Origin: a virus
Lineage: Duplodnaviria > Caudoviricetes
IMG/VR virus record: IMGVR_UViG_3300033076_000704
Span: 1-63,790 of that record
Direction: 5' to 3' (one strand)
Length of the DNA: 63,790 nt
Under the pieces are notes generated by a model. The model did no database searches, was not told the origin of the DNA, and saw only the letters and a list, made by a program, of their open reading frames with translations. The translations under genes were made by a program, and so were the position numbers. Below are positions 1-9,789 of the stretch, one piece after another (position 1 is the stretch's first letter; every line of letters starts with the position of its first letter).

Positions 1-44
1 ACAGTAGGGGCAGCTCTCAGTCCATACTTCATAAGCGTTTCCCA

Positions 45-476
45 TCATTCCTCCATATCTGTTTCAGTTGGTGTTTGGTTTTGTGTTTCGGTGAGGCGGT
101 CTCTAATAGCATTGTATGCTGTGTATTCGTTATCACTACACCGATTTTCCACCCACTCCAACAACCCTGCCCGTTCAGCCCTTAGCTGCTGGAGTTCTTT
201 CCACGCATCAAGTAGAACGGGCAGGGCGTCTAAAAGGCTTGGTGGCAATAATTCATTCTGTTGGCTTAGTGTTGGATTGAAGCGGAAGTATGGCTCTAGT
301 ATTTCAATAGCGTCATCATATAAGCCTTCAAACTTCTTCACCTGCGAAAGCTCGGCGTGAAGTTGTAGGTAGGCATCAACAAGTAGCCGCATCTTTGCGC
401 CACAATATGAATTACCTTCTAGTACCTCTAGTTCTTTCCACTCACGTACAATATCCGGCGAAACTTGGTTAGTCAT
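45..476 (-). CDS. hypothetical phage protein
   Basis: 143-aa ORF, translationally coupled to its neighbours. Confidence 0.6.
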   Translation of the reverse strand: MTNQVSPDIVREWKELEVLEGNSYCGAKMRLLVDAYLQLHAELSQVKKFEGLYDDAIEILEPYFRFNPTLSQQNELLPPSLLDALPVLLDAWKELQQLRAERAGLLEWVENRCSDNEYTAYNAIRDRLTETQNQTPTETDMEE

Positions 477-882
477 GGTTGTGGCCTCCCTGCACAGTGT
501 CCGTAGCGGTGAGGGCTGCTACTTTAGGGCGTGTGATTTTTCTCCAATAAATAGGGGTTTCATACTCGTGCAAATCTCTCTGCTCAGTATCACACCACCA
601 TTTACCATCACAAAAACCACAAGCGCACTTTCTATAACCTTGTGGGCTGCTGGGAGTTATAACCCATAAATCCACATAATTATATAGAGTCTCTGGCAAT
701 GTATCCATTGACTGCCACTCCCGCTTCTGCAATTCCGGCTGGAGGATTGAGATGGCTGCTTGGGCTATTAGCCTCGCCTCATCTGCATTTCCACTATGAT
801 GCTCACTAATTGCCAGTGTAACACGCTCAACCAACTGCTGCTGTTTGTTATTTTCCATCGCTTTGCTCTCCCAGTGCTTCAT
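469..882 (-). CDS. DUF551-like phage protein
   Basis: WQSMDTLP...PIYWRKITRP resembles the DUF551 terminal motifs. Confidence 0.5.
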   Translation of the reverse strand: MKHWESKAMENNKQQQLVERVTLAISEHHSGNADEARLIAQAAISILQPELQKREWQSMDTLPETLYNYVDLWVITPSSPQGYRKCACGFCDGKWWCDTEQRDLHEYETPIYWRKITRPKVAALTATDTVQGGHNHD

Positions 883-1444
883 ATAATCCCATCATCTCAT
901 TAGTTCTTGCAAACTCCCCATGATACTCAAGAGCAGCTTTGTCATAAGCTCTGGCCGCCTCTATTATTGTAGAAAAAGTGCCAAGCCAAAATTGTTTATT
1001 TTCAACCCCTATTGCTGCAGTCCATTTTTTTAACCGCTTATTCCAATAAACACCCTTGAATCTTCTAGTGCCATTTCTTATTGCCGCCCTACCACTATTG
1101 CATACATTCTGCCAATGAAGGCAGATGCGGAGATTGCATTTACGGTTATCTAACCCATTACCATTAATATGGTCTATTATTTGATTCTTCCGAGCTTTTA
1201 AGATAAGCCGATGCATAAGAGCCTCACCTAGATTTCTATCCCTAGTCGCATAAAAGACGGTTCTTCTTTTTGAGATAACATTCCAATTCCATTGGTTCAG
1301 ATATTCATAATCCTTTTCATCAACGATAGCATATAGACCCTTAGTAAGTGGAATGGCTCTCGCTCCTTCAGGGATTTTAGTGCCTATAGGAACCGGCTTT
1401 TCAAATCGCTTTCTATACTCATCAACACGCGAGCGTAGGGTCAT
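848..1444 (-). CDS. HNH homing endonuclease with AP2 DNA-binding domain
   Basis: MHRLI...IDHINGNGLDNRKCNLR (HNH); FKGVYW...W.AAI...LGTF...AARAYDKAA..HGEFA (AP2). Confidence 0.93.
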   Translation of the reverse strand: MTLRSRVDEYRKRFEKPVPIGTKIPEGARAIPLTKGLYAIVDEKDYEYLNQWNWNVISKRRTVFYATRDRNLGEALMHRLILKARKNQIIDHINGNGLDNRKCNLRICLHWQNVCNSGRAAIRNGTRRFKGVYWNKRLKKWTAAIGVENKQFWLGTFSTIIEAARAYDKAALEYHGEFARTNEMMGLYEALGEQSDGK

Positions 1445-1682
1445 GGTTTTGGCTCACATTGCTCTAGTTGATAACCTTTAGCTTTGGCCTCAACACAGAT
1501 TAAATCTTCATGGGAAAAAAATTTGCCGCTGAATACCAAAATCCAGAAAGTTATAGTTATAGCGCAGCCAGTAAAGCCGAATAGAAAACCAGAAAACTTT
1601 ATCAATTTCTCCAGTAAATCCAAGTCTCTCCAATTTTTGATTGCTCGAATGAAGTCATCGGTTTTCATGTTAAATTCAGTCA

Positions 1683-2018
1683 TCATCCCTCCAGTAGCGT
1701 TTGCAGTTCTTCAATTATAGGCCAGTTCTCAGCATCAGGCCAATGCTCTATGGCTTCAGCAATTACCTTCTCCAGCCCCTCCCTATACCGCTTCAACAAC
1801 CCCACAGCATCTGGCATGGCGGCGATGTATTGGGCGTTGGCAGTTAGCCTTAGGTAAATAACATCATCAGAGTCATTGCCGTTATCGTCGAAATGCTCAG
1901 GAATTTGAACCCATGAGCTTTCAGACCAATCGTTATTACGTCCTCCATCATGGAATTCCCAATCCCCCTGCGTTCTCTCGCTATCCAGTTTTATGATGTC
2001 GGAATATGTATGTGTCAT
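1683..2018 (-). CDS. hypothetical early protein (T.G.W...ANA..IAA family)
   Basis: TQGDW and ANAQYIAAMP motifs are shared with 18422..18709. Confidence 0.55.
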   Translation of the reverse strand: MTHTYSDIIKLDSERTQGDWEFHDGGRNNDWSESSWVQIPEHFDDNGNDSDDVIYLRLTANAQYIAAMPDAVGLLKRYREGLEKVIAEAIEHWPDAENWPIIEELQTLLEG

Positions 2019-2281
2019 GGTTTAACCACGGCTATGGTGTTGGCATCAGTATCAATTTCAACAACTAGATATTCTGAATACTCGAACCATTGTTTTAGTA
2101 TCTCCCCTAACTTCTCCCTCTTGCTTTCAACTAGATTTTCGCGTTCATCGTCATCTACTCCCGTTACCTGATTCGCCCATTCTTCAGCCGCATCTTGAAC
2201 GGAATCATAGAACCCATCAGGGTCTTTCATGGTAATTTTAAATTTCATCGTTGCCTCCATTGGTTATTAAATAGCTGTGTG

Positions 2282-2500
2282 TCATCTGCATACCGTTGTA
2301 TAAGTTGTGAGAATATAAGAAGCATGCTTACAGGAATCTATTACCTCATCTAAATCACTATAATGGGTGCTAGTTGGGGCGAATTTAACCTTATCTAAAC
2401 ACTCCATAAATATCTTGCGCTGCTCTGCTTTATCTGCCTCCTGATAACAGCATCCAGTCAGGATTAATAATATCGGCAGTAATTTATAGCTGTGTGTCAT
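2282..2500 (-). CDS. putative lipoprotein
   Basis: Hydrophobic signal followed by lipobox LTGC. Confidence 0.55.
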   Translation of the reverse strand: MTHSYKLLPILLILTGCCYQEADKAEQRKIFMECLDKVKFAPTSTHYSDLDEVIDSCKHASYILTTYTTVCR

Positions 2501-3018
2501 TGGGGTTGCTCCTAGTAGCCGCCAAATAGTTTTTTGATAATTTCTGTTCCATTGTAGCCTGTCAGATTTTTGGCAGCTTGTGCTACAAGGGTCTTTCCCA
2601 GCTCAGCAGACACTTCAGCGATTGAATTTTTTAGTGATTCAAGAATCAGGGCGCGATTCTCTTTGAGAAGAGCCTCTATATCATCTTTTAGTTCTGTAGT
2701 TACAGCGGCATTAACTACGCCGCTAAGTTCTTGCTGAATTTGCCAATGAAGGCTTGTTGCCATTGAGCTTGATATATTCTCCACGGCCTTTTTGACTATA
2801 TCGGCTTTAGCATTATCCAAGGCTATTGTGAGTTCTTCTGGTGTAATCATATTATTCTCCTTCTTTAGTTGTTACATTAAGTAGCTTTAACCGCGTCCTT
2901 GCGCGTTGGCCTTTGTTGGCGGGTGTAGCTGGAATGCTTCTCCTTTGCCCATGCTTCATTTTCGCTCCACTAGGGGCTACACCCATAAAATCAATCACCG
3001 CATCTGGTAAATCATTGG

Positions 3019-3696
3019 TCATTTATCCCCCCTCTCAGCCAGCAAGCGGGCTATCTCGCGGAGGATGTCTAGAAGCTCTGTTCTTACGGGTTTGTTATTT
3101 ACATAAGCCGTTTCCAGTTTATCAATCATCTCCAGCAGCTTGCTTGTGTCGGATTCGGGTGCAGGCTCATCCCAGAGCGAGATGAGGTCTAGGTCACGTC
3201 CATCATCATTGAAATTACGCCCGTGAACATTACAGCTAGTTATGCCGCTACCCTGTATTGCGTAATCATAACGCTCAGGCCAACCGGATACATACCAGAT
3301 AAATGCTTTCTTTCCGCCCCGTGTGCGATACAGCTTGCCAGCTTCTAGCTTGAGTGGGGCAGGCTTACTTAAGTCAGTCATCTTACCAGTGCTATCAAGG
3401 CTATAATTAGTTCTCGGCTCAGATGGCTTCCCATCATCCACGCTTGGTGCAGGCGGTAAGGATGGCATGGAATTGATAATCCGTAGCAAGGCGTTAAATG
3501 CAGCATCCCATTCTACTGTTATTTCAGGATACTGACTAAGAATCTCATCCTTTAATCCCTTGCGGGATATTAAATCGCCATCAACAGCATCCGAGGGGTC
3601 GGGGAATGTGTGTGTAGGCAATGTGCTAATATCCGCTAGTGCAACTGGAGAATAATAAAACTTAGCCATCACATCGCTTTTCAGTAGGTATTCCAC
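3019..3696 (-). CDS. hypothetical mosaic phage protein
   Basis: Contains DLISR and LEAGKLYRTRGG...DLIS..W modules typical of phage accessory ORFs. Confidence 0.55.
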   Translation of the reverse strand: MEYLLKSDVMAKFYYSPVALADISTLPTHTFPDPSDAVDGDLISRKGLKDEILSQYPEITVEWDAAFNALLRIINSMPSLPPAPSVDDGKPSEPRTNYSLDSTGKMTDLSKPAPLKLEAGKLYRTRGGKKAFIWYVSGWPERYDYAIQGSGITSCNVHGRNFNDDGRDLDLISLWDEPAPESDTSKLLEMIDKLETAYVNNKPVRTELLDILREIARLLAERGDK

Positions 3697-4775
3697 TAGC
3701 CCATCCTCTCAATCGCTACTGCGTTCACCTGCTTATACCACTCCTCGTTCACTACCTTGAGAGCCTCTAGCTGCTTATCATGCACCTTGAGCCATGCGCC
3801 TACATCATCGCACTTATTCAGCGCATCAATGGCCTCAGATACCCAGTACTCCCACTTCGGCTTGCCATCACGGAAGTGTTTAAGCGCAACAGTCGCAGGC
3901 GATGGGGCCGTAGCAACAACAACACTTGGAGTATTTACCTCCACCGCCTGCTTTTCCCCTACTGGTGCAGGGGGTTCATTCGCCAGCACATAGGCTGGTA
4001 TTTCTTCTTTAGTAGTTGTGGGTGGCGCAAAGCTATCCAGTTTACTTACTGGTTTTGGTGATTCAACTTCTGGCTCAGGGGTAACATCCTTAAGCTCGTA
4101 GTTTTCGTTATCATGTTCAATTATCTGCTCAAGGTCGGTGCTCTTTGGCAGCCTCTTATAATGCCTACGGAACACTGTCTTGCGGCACATCTCATCCTCA
4201 TCTGTAACCCACGGGCCAGATGTGGCGGTCTTGCTGCGCTTCTTAACGGCCTGTATCTGGTCGATATCCATGTATTCTCTTGAAGTTTCGCCACTCGCTA
4301 GTTTAGCGATAGAATAAGCCCCGATTGTTGCGCCACGATTCCTGAGTGCAGGCTTGTGAACCATACGCTCGTTATCACCAAGCTCGTAGTCGAAGAAATC
4401 ATTTTCCTTAACTACCTGCACGCTAATATTACTAAGCTGACCTGACTGGCGCACTTTCTTAAGTAAGCCCTCGGCCATTGGCATATACTGAGCTTTCTTC
4501 ACCCAAGCATCTCCAACCTTGCTGTTATAAATAACCAGCGCGGCCTCGCGGCCATCGCAGAGCAATCCATCCTGCGCTGCCTTCATAGTACTGGCAAGCA
4601 ATGAGGTTCTTTCTGCTGCTATCAAATCAGGGTTAAGCTGAATAGCTGTAATGGTAGTGCGAATGAATCTCTCCACTGGAATTTGTGGCGGCAGTACATC
4701 TTCAAAATCTTTCTTCCTGCGCTCAAGCGTCTGCCTGAGTTCCTGCATTGGGTTTAGCGTTACTTCGTTAGCCAT
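3696..4775 (-). CDS. recT: RecT-family single-strand annealing protein
   Basis: LP..IPVERFIR, AAQDGL..DGREAALV, GPWVTD..EMCRKTV.RR..KRLP; adjacent to a YqaJ exonuclease. Confidence 0.93.
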   Translation of the reverse strand: MANEVTLNPMQELRQTLERRKKDFEDVLPPQIPVERFIRTTITAIQLNPDLIAAERTSLLASTMKAAQDGLLCDGREAALVIYNSKVGDAWVKKAQYMPMAEGLLKKVRQSGQLSNISVQVVKENDFFDYELGDNERMVHKPALRNRGATIGAYSIAKLASGETSREYMDIDQIQAVKKRSKTATSGPWVTDEDEMCRKTVFRRHYKRLPKSTDLEQIIEHDNENYELKDVTPEPEVESPKPVSKLDSFAPPTTTKEEIPAYVLANEPPAPVGEKQAVEVNTPSVVVATAPSPATVALKHFRDGKPKWEYWVSEAIDALNKCDDVGAWLKVHDKQLEALKVVNEEWYKQVNAVAIERMG

Positions 4776-5673
4776 TTGTCATCTCCTTTACTGATAATGT
4801 TCTATATTGCTGAACATACGCCTCTTTCGCTGCAATGTTCTTTGTTATTTGATTATACTTAATAAAAAACCCCGTAGCCTTAGCCGCTTCCGCATCACCA
4901 AGTTTATTTATTATTTCGGCCTTAAGGCGCTTTTCTTCCGCCTCAGCCTTCTTTAATTCTTCCTTAGCCTTCATCAAGCCCGCGCAAAGCTCAGGCAGTT
5001 GATTATCTCCAGTTAAATCAGCAAGATTGCCAGCTTTAATCTGATGCAAGTCTTTTATAATATCATAATCATCTCCATCAATCGGCGGTTCAACACCATC
5101 ATGTACTGACTGCCAAAATTCCTTAACCGCCTGCTCGATTTTAGCGATGGTTGGCTCATGCCTCTCATAAGGATAAAGCTCAAAACTGTTGCCGCCAACA
5201 AAAGCCCCTATCACACCCCACTTCTGGCCAGTGCAGGCAAGTTGCGCCTGAAGCTGCAATAGATATTGAAATGGCGGCTCAGGTTGCCAGTCACGGCGAA
5301 ACTGCTGGTAATCTATATTCTTTATCTCTAGGCATCCCAAGCCCTCTCTGGTTGGCATACTGACAAAGAAATCAGGTGTTGCGCCCATGCCTTTGCAATT
5401 GTCGTTGGTATAATATCCCTCTGGTTCTGATAGCGTCCAACCTTCTTGCTCTGCGATTCCTTCTGCTATTACTCGCTCCAACTTACGACCCCAGAACATA
5501 CGAGGGCTATCAGCGGTCTTTGCAACTACCTTACCCGACTTCTTAGCCCATAGCTCGAATCTAGTCATGAATGGTGATAGACCAAACAGAGCCGCTACTT
5601 CACTTGCGCCAATAGATTGCTCGCGCAACTTATGCCACGGCTCGGATAATGCTTGGCATTTAATTAGAGCCAT
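4768..5673 (-). CDS. YqaJ-like viral recombination exonuclease
   Basis: W..LR..SIGASEVAALFG, WG..LE, ATPD, LEIKN, Y.LQLQ.Q. Confidence 0.92.
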   Translation of the reverse strand: MALIKCQALSEPWHKLREQSIGASEVAALFGLSPFMTRFELWAKKSGKVVAKTADSPRMFWGRKLERVIAEGIAEQEGWTLSEPEGYYTNDNCKGMGATPDFFVSMPTREGLGCLEIKNIDYQQFRRDWQPEPPFQYLLQLQAQLACTGQKWGVIGAFVGGNSFELYPYERHEPTIAKIEQAVKEFWQSVHDGVEPPIDGDDYDIIKDLHQIKAGNLADLTGDNQLPELCAGLMKAKEELKKAEAEEKRLKAEIINKLGDAEAAKATGFFIKYNQITKNIAAKEAYVQQYRTLSVKEMTNG

Positions 5674-6462
5674 TATTTAACTCCTGCTAAAAATGCGTTG
5701 TTTTTAAGTGGATTTTCGAGAACACGAACCCCAAAGATAATATAAATCTCATCTTCTGGCGTAAGCGTCTTGCTGCCAAGCTCTTGCTTGCGCTTCTGCT
5801 GCCTTATGCGCCTTAGTGTGGTGCGTGTGTTGCTATTTGCCATTCCAATTCTCCTCGATTAATTTTTCTAGTTCATTTTTACCCATTAAAAACCCCTCAC
5901 CTAAAGTATGATAACATTGCGGGTCATCTATATGGAATTGGTCATTAACATCATCAGACACTAAATCCTGAAGCCCTCTAAACTCATCTACCTTCGGCCT
6001 CGTCATCCCATTAGCTTTACGCGCCTTTACATAAGCGGATAACACCTGCTCGATAAATGCTCTAGCCTTACACATACGCTCATATAACTCTGGATGCTGC
6101 TCACTGGCTATCGGTGCATCTGGGTTTGGTTGGTAGGTCATATCTTTGTAACCCTTCTAATAATAATAAATCCTATTACTAAACCGATAATCGAAGCAAC
6201 GCCCCATAATCCAAATAAATAGACAACATCACCCACTGTTATTCTGGATATAGCGTTAACGACTGTATCAGTGCTTTCTATACTCATCATCTCTTCTCCC
6301 ATACTTCTCTGCCATTACGGCGTTTCATAACATAACCATGCCTCACCAAGTCCCTACGCACCTGCGATGAGAATGGCACTGATTGCTTCTTAGGCTCAAC
6401 ACCCCAATGCTGATATAGCTCTGGTAGCGTGAAGGGTGTTGCTGGTAGGTTGGTTAGCTGCA

Positions 6463-6825
6463 TTAGTCGGCTACTCTCTGGAATCCACGCAAGCTGCCTT
6501 CCATCTGGCGGCGTATCTCGTAAGTACCTTTCGGCAATCCAAACGACTGATGTGTATCGAATGAACGATGATGCTTAAGCTCTACTGGTATCTGGTCTTC
6601 AAGCGAATCAAGCACTTTTAGATACGCAATACTCTCATCAATTTTAGACTGATAGAACTCCACATTAGGGCGCTCCATAACGGCATGATGATGCCCAGTT
6701 TCTGAGTGAGCAACAACATATTTGCCATCCTGTGATTTCAGTTTAATTACCTCAGATGGCATCTCATCAATGCGCCTGATAAGTATATCGCCCTGCGCAA
6801 CTGGTTGTTCGTTTACTATAATCAT
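6463..6825 (-). CDS. conserved partner of DUF6745-like protein (QGD / ETGHHH motifs)
   Basis: QGDILIRR, HSETGHHHAV, H....H....LP.G.YEIRRQ.E. Confidence 0.7.
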   Translation of the reverse strand: MIIVNEQPVAQGDILIRRIDEMPSEVIKLKSQDGKYVVAHSETGHHHAVMERPNVEFYQSKIDESIAYLKVLDSLEDQIPVELKHHRSFDTHQSFGLPKGTYEIRRQMEGSLRGFQRVAD

Positions 6826-6834
6826 TTTAGTCTC

Positions 6835-8328
6835 CTATGTTCTAATGGTTGGTATAAAATTCTCAATTGGTTGGCCTTTAGTCCACCCGTAGGTAGCCGC
6901 ATTGCATTCCCTAGCTGTATTATACTCATACAGGCTTACGGGAATGGCAAATTCGCGGCCAGTACCACATAATACACGAAGGAATCGTTCTTTTCCAATA
7001 TCCGGTAAATCCACTTCGAGCAACTCACCTATCTGTGGATTGGGGTCTTTATCTATGGTTTTAGCATTAAGCTCTTTGAGTATTCGCGCCCAACCAATTA
7101 TTTCACAAGCCGCCCTGCGCTGCTCAATGTTAGGCCATGTTAGAGCAATTTGTGGTGTTAGCGATGCTGGATTATCCATCCATTCAGCAGGTATCCTTGT
7201 GCCATGCCAAGCATATAATGCAGTTCCATCACGCCACTTGCAGAATGGGCCTTTTTCACCATGCGGTCTATTGCGGTCATCAACTTTAAGTATCTCCGGC
7301 CTATCAGAAACAATACAAAACTCAGGGTGCATAATACGATAGCCACCATGCCTAGCAGCCATCTCCCAGTATTGATACTTTGAGTAGTCAATATCCAGTT
7401 TAGCTACATGACGAAAGAAACTCAAAAACGAATCCCACGCTGACCAGAAATTACCGCCCTGATACATACGCCAAGCATCAGCAGCGCAAGCAAGACCAAA
7501 CTTACCAACGCCAAGTTTAGTGGAAAGATTAATCATAACCGATACATCTAAGTTGAACCAATTATTGTTTGGTTTTTTGGATGAAAGCGCATCGCGTGTC
7601 GCAGCGTGTGTCGCAGCGCGTGTCGCAGCGTGTGTCGCAGCGCGTGTCGCAGCGTCTGTCGCATCGTCTGTCGCAGCGCGTGTCGCAGCGTGTGTCGCAG
7701 CGTATGTCGCAGCGTATGTCGCAGCGCGTGTCGCATCGTCTGTCGCATCGCGTGTCGCAGCGTATGTCGCATCGTCTGTCGCAGCGTATGTCGCATCGCG
7801 TGTCGCATCGCGTGTCGCAGCGTATGTCGCATCGTCTGTCGCAGCGCTTGTCGCATCGTCTGTCGCAGCGCGTGTCGCAGCGTGTGTCGCAGCGTATGTC
7901 GCATCGCGTGTCGCAGCGTGTGTCGCATCGCGTGTCGCAGCGTCTGTCGCAGCGTATGTCGCATCGCGTGTCGCAGCGTATGTCGCATCGTCTGTCGCAT
8001 CGCGTGTCGCAGCGTCTGTCGTCAATTTATTATTAGGGTTCTTTCTCTGCCACCATATAGCAGCGGCGAATCCGCCTGCAAATCTCGCAACAAATGGCGA
8101 CGGCACAAATACTATTCTATGTTCTGGGGGGGGTGTTAATCCCGCACTTTCATATAGCCCCTTAATAGCAATTCGCATTTGTGCTTTGTCATTATCATCC
8201 ATTGGCTTTGTTGATATAGCATTAGCTATCCACTGGTCGCACCACTCAGTTAACTTCGCTTTATGCTCAGGATGGTCTTTAAATGAGTATTTTTTCTTAG
8301 TCATGGCATTTCCTTCCATCCAACTCAA
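6835..8328 (-). CDS. DUF6745-like protein with internal tetrapeptide repeat (likely start 8304)
   Basis: C-terminal RPH...GP...W.DG..LYAWHG..IP and NIEQRR; central A-T-x-[AD] repeats. Confidence 0.75.
   Translation of the reverse strand: MSWMEGNAMTKKKYSFKDHPEHKAKLTEWCDQWIANAISTKPMDDNDKAQMRIAIKGLYESAGLTPPPEHRIVFVPSPFVARFAGGFAAAIWWQRKNPNNKLTTDAATRDATDDATYAATRDATYAATDAATRDATHAATRDATYAATHAATRAATDDATSAATDDATYAATRDATRDATYAATDDATYAATRDATDDATRAATYAATYAATHAATRAATDDATDAATRAATHAATRAATHAATRDALSSKKPNNNWFNLDVSVMINLSTKLGVGKFGLACAADAWRMYQGGNFWSAWDSFLSFFRHVAKLDIDYSKYQYWEMAARHGGYRIMHPEFCIVSDRPEILKVDDRNRPHGEKGPFCKWRDGTALYAWHGTRIPAEWMDNPASLTPQIALTWPNIEQRRAACEIIGWARILKELNAKTIDKDPNPQIGELLEVDLPDIGKERFLRVLCGTGREFAIPVSLYEYNTARECNAATYGWTKGQPIENFIPTIRT
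7591..8022 (-). repeat. Tandem 12-bp coding repeat, 36 units (GCGACA-NNC-G[CA]T)
   Basis: Units counted directly; seven unit variants. Confidence 0.97.
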
Positions 8329-8518
8329 GCCCCTTAACCTGCATCAAGCTAGGGAACTTATCTTGTATCCACTCAACGCGCATAGTGTTATTCATGCATA
8401 GCAACTTACGCTGGCATCTGTAATCCAGCAACCCCATATCCAGAATCATCCGAGCATTAGGTTGTGCCTTTGGCTTGTATGTAATGTGGTTCATAATCTC
8501 CTCCGTGTTGTGTCTAAT

Positions 8519-8609
8519 GGTATAATCCATCCATTTTTAATATGCAATGATTATTTTCATTAATCCGATGATTTTTTTCATTTGCTTTTTAAAATAGCGG
8601 TGATACGCT
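8519..8609. promoter_or_regulatory. Divergent sigma70-like promoters with two ATGA-N6-TCAT sites between the -35 boxes
   Basis: Minus: TTGCAT-17-TATACC; plus: TTGCTT-16-TACGCT; sites at 8547-8560 and 8568-8581. Confidence 0.55.
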
Positions 8610-8812
8610 TACGCGATATGCGAAAAGAATATAAACAGCTATTAAATTTAGCGGAGAAGGTAGCCAAGAAGCGAGCCATCTCATTATCTACTATAGGCAA
8701 TCTGGCAATTAAGAATGGGCGTATATTTAACACCCTGATGGGCGGCGGTTACTGCTCACCTAATGTATATGATAGGCTTATGGATTGGTTGCAAGCGGAG
8801 GTAAGGAAATGA
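8582..8812 (+). CDS. Cro-like small DNA-binding protein (likely start 8618)
   Basis: SLSTIGNLAIKNGRIF..L..GG.......DRLMDWL resembles alphaproteobacterial phage Cro-like proteins. Confidence 0.55.
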   Translation: MLFKIAVIRLRDMRKEYKQLLNLAEKVAKKRAISLSTIGNLAIKNGRIFNTLMGGGYCSPNVYDRLMDWLQAEVRK

Positions 8813-9003
8813 CTTGGACATACCAGATAATGAGGCGCACTGAGCATGGTGAAGAAGTATATGGGATATATGAGGTATATCATAATCCTTATGGATACAC
8901 TGAGAAGCCAGTTGCGATAGAGGGCGAATCAGTTGAGGATTTAAAGGTCATTTTAACGCAAATGCTGGAGGCTCTGGATAAACCAGTGTTAGAGTATAAA
9001 TGA
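8785..9003 (+). CDS. conserved phage hypothetical protein
   Basis: MTW.Y....YGIYEVY...E.L...L..M..ALDKPVL. Confidence 0.6.
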   Translation: MVASGGKEMTWTYQIMRRTEHGEEVYGIYEVYHNPYGYTEKPVAIEGESVEDLKVILTQMLEALDKPVLEYK

Positions 9004-9296
9004 CAACCGACCCTGATTTAGAGCAAAAAATCATAGAGCTTTATAATCAGGGGAACTCGCTTCGCAAAATACAGGATATGCTGAAGATATCACGGGAATC
9101 TGCTCGACTAATATTAGAGGCTCATAATTATTCACCCAAATGGTTCAAACGCAATCGCTTCGGCAATAGACTAGACATGGGAATACAGGCAACATACAGC
9201 GAGCCAGTGAGTGAGTACGAAGAGAACGGCAAGCGCGTCAGGGTATTTAGAGCTGGCTGGGCTTGGGGATATACAACAACAAGGAGTGTAAAATGA
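9000..9296 (+). CDS. HTH DNA-binding protein
   Basis: IIELYNQGNSLRKIQDMLKISRESARLIL helix-turn-helix. Confidence 0.6.
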   Translation: MTTDPDLEQKIIELYNQGNSLRKIQDMLKISRESARLILEAHNYSPKWFKRNRFGNRLDMGIQATYSEPVSEYEENGKRVRVFRAGWAWGYTTTRSVK

Positions 9297-9412
9297 AGAA
9301 GCTACTTATACTAACTATCTTCCTGCAATTCAACTACGACCCAATGTGCGTAAGAGAATGTGTGATGGCTGGATATACTTTTAATTACTGCAAGAGTGTT
9401 TGCTCTTATTGA
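9293..9412 (+). CDS. 39-aa Cys-rich, possibly exported peptide (not in ORF track)
   Basis: AGGAG RBS, ATGA overlap; MKKLLILTIFL...CxxxC..GY...CxxxCSY. Confidence 0.55.
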   Translation: MKKLLILTIFLQFNYDPMCVRECVMAGYTFNYCKSVCSY

Positions 9413-9789
9413 TGGGCAAACAACTCGATAGCTTCTTCCTCTGACCTGACTATACCAGCAATACCACCTGCTTTTTTTACTTGGTCGATGAAATTCTGTT
9501 GTTCGGGTTTGACGCGACCAGTGGGGGTTTTGACCTCAACCGCACAAAATAATGCAACCCGCTGACCTACCATATCTGGCGTTACAACCACGGAATACCA
9601 ACCAACACAATCACTTGAACCTTGAAATAATCCAGAATGCAGCCTCCGATAATACCGCAGCGTAATCTCACTCTTTGTTTGGTGTATTATCTCACCTACC
9701 CATGCTTTTGCGATGTTATTACGGAATAATCGTGCGCCAATTTTACTAGCCGCAAGCCTGACTCGATTCTGGATTTCAGATTCTAACAT
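9406..9789 (-). CDS. VRR-NUC domain nuclease
   Basis: ESEIQ..., RLFRNN, GSSD..G, EVKT..GR....Q..F......GG.AG.VRS. Confidence 0.9.
   Translation of the reverse strand: MLESEIQNRVRLAASKIGARLFRNNIAKAWVGEIIHQTKSEITLRYYRRLHSGLFQGSSDCVGWYSVVVTPDMVGQRVALFCAVEVKTPTGRVKPEQQNFIDQVKKAGGIAGIVRSEEEAIELFAHQ

Noticed and set aside
7591-8022. CRISPR array or DGR variable region
   Set aside because: No spacers, cas genes, reverse transcriptase or template copy; it is a tandem coding repeat.
7520-8401. Four extra long ORFs over the 12-bp repeat (7520+, 7548-, 7569+, 7606+)
   Set aside because: The 12-mer has no stop in these frames; only 6835..8328 has recognisable flanking domains and an RBS.
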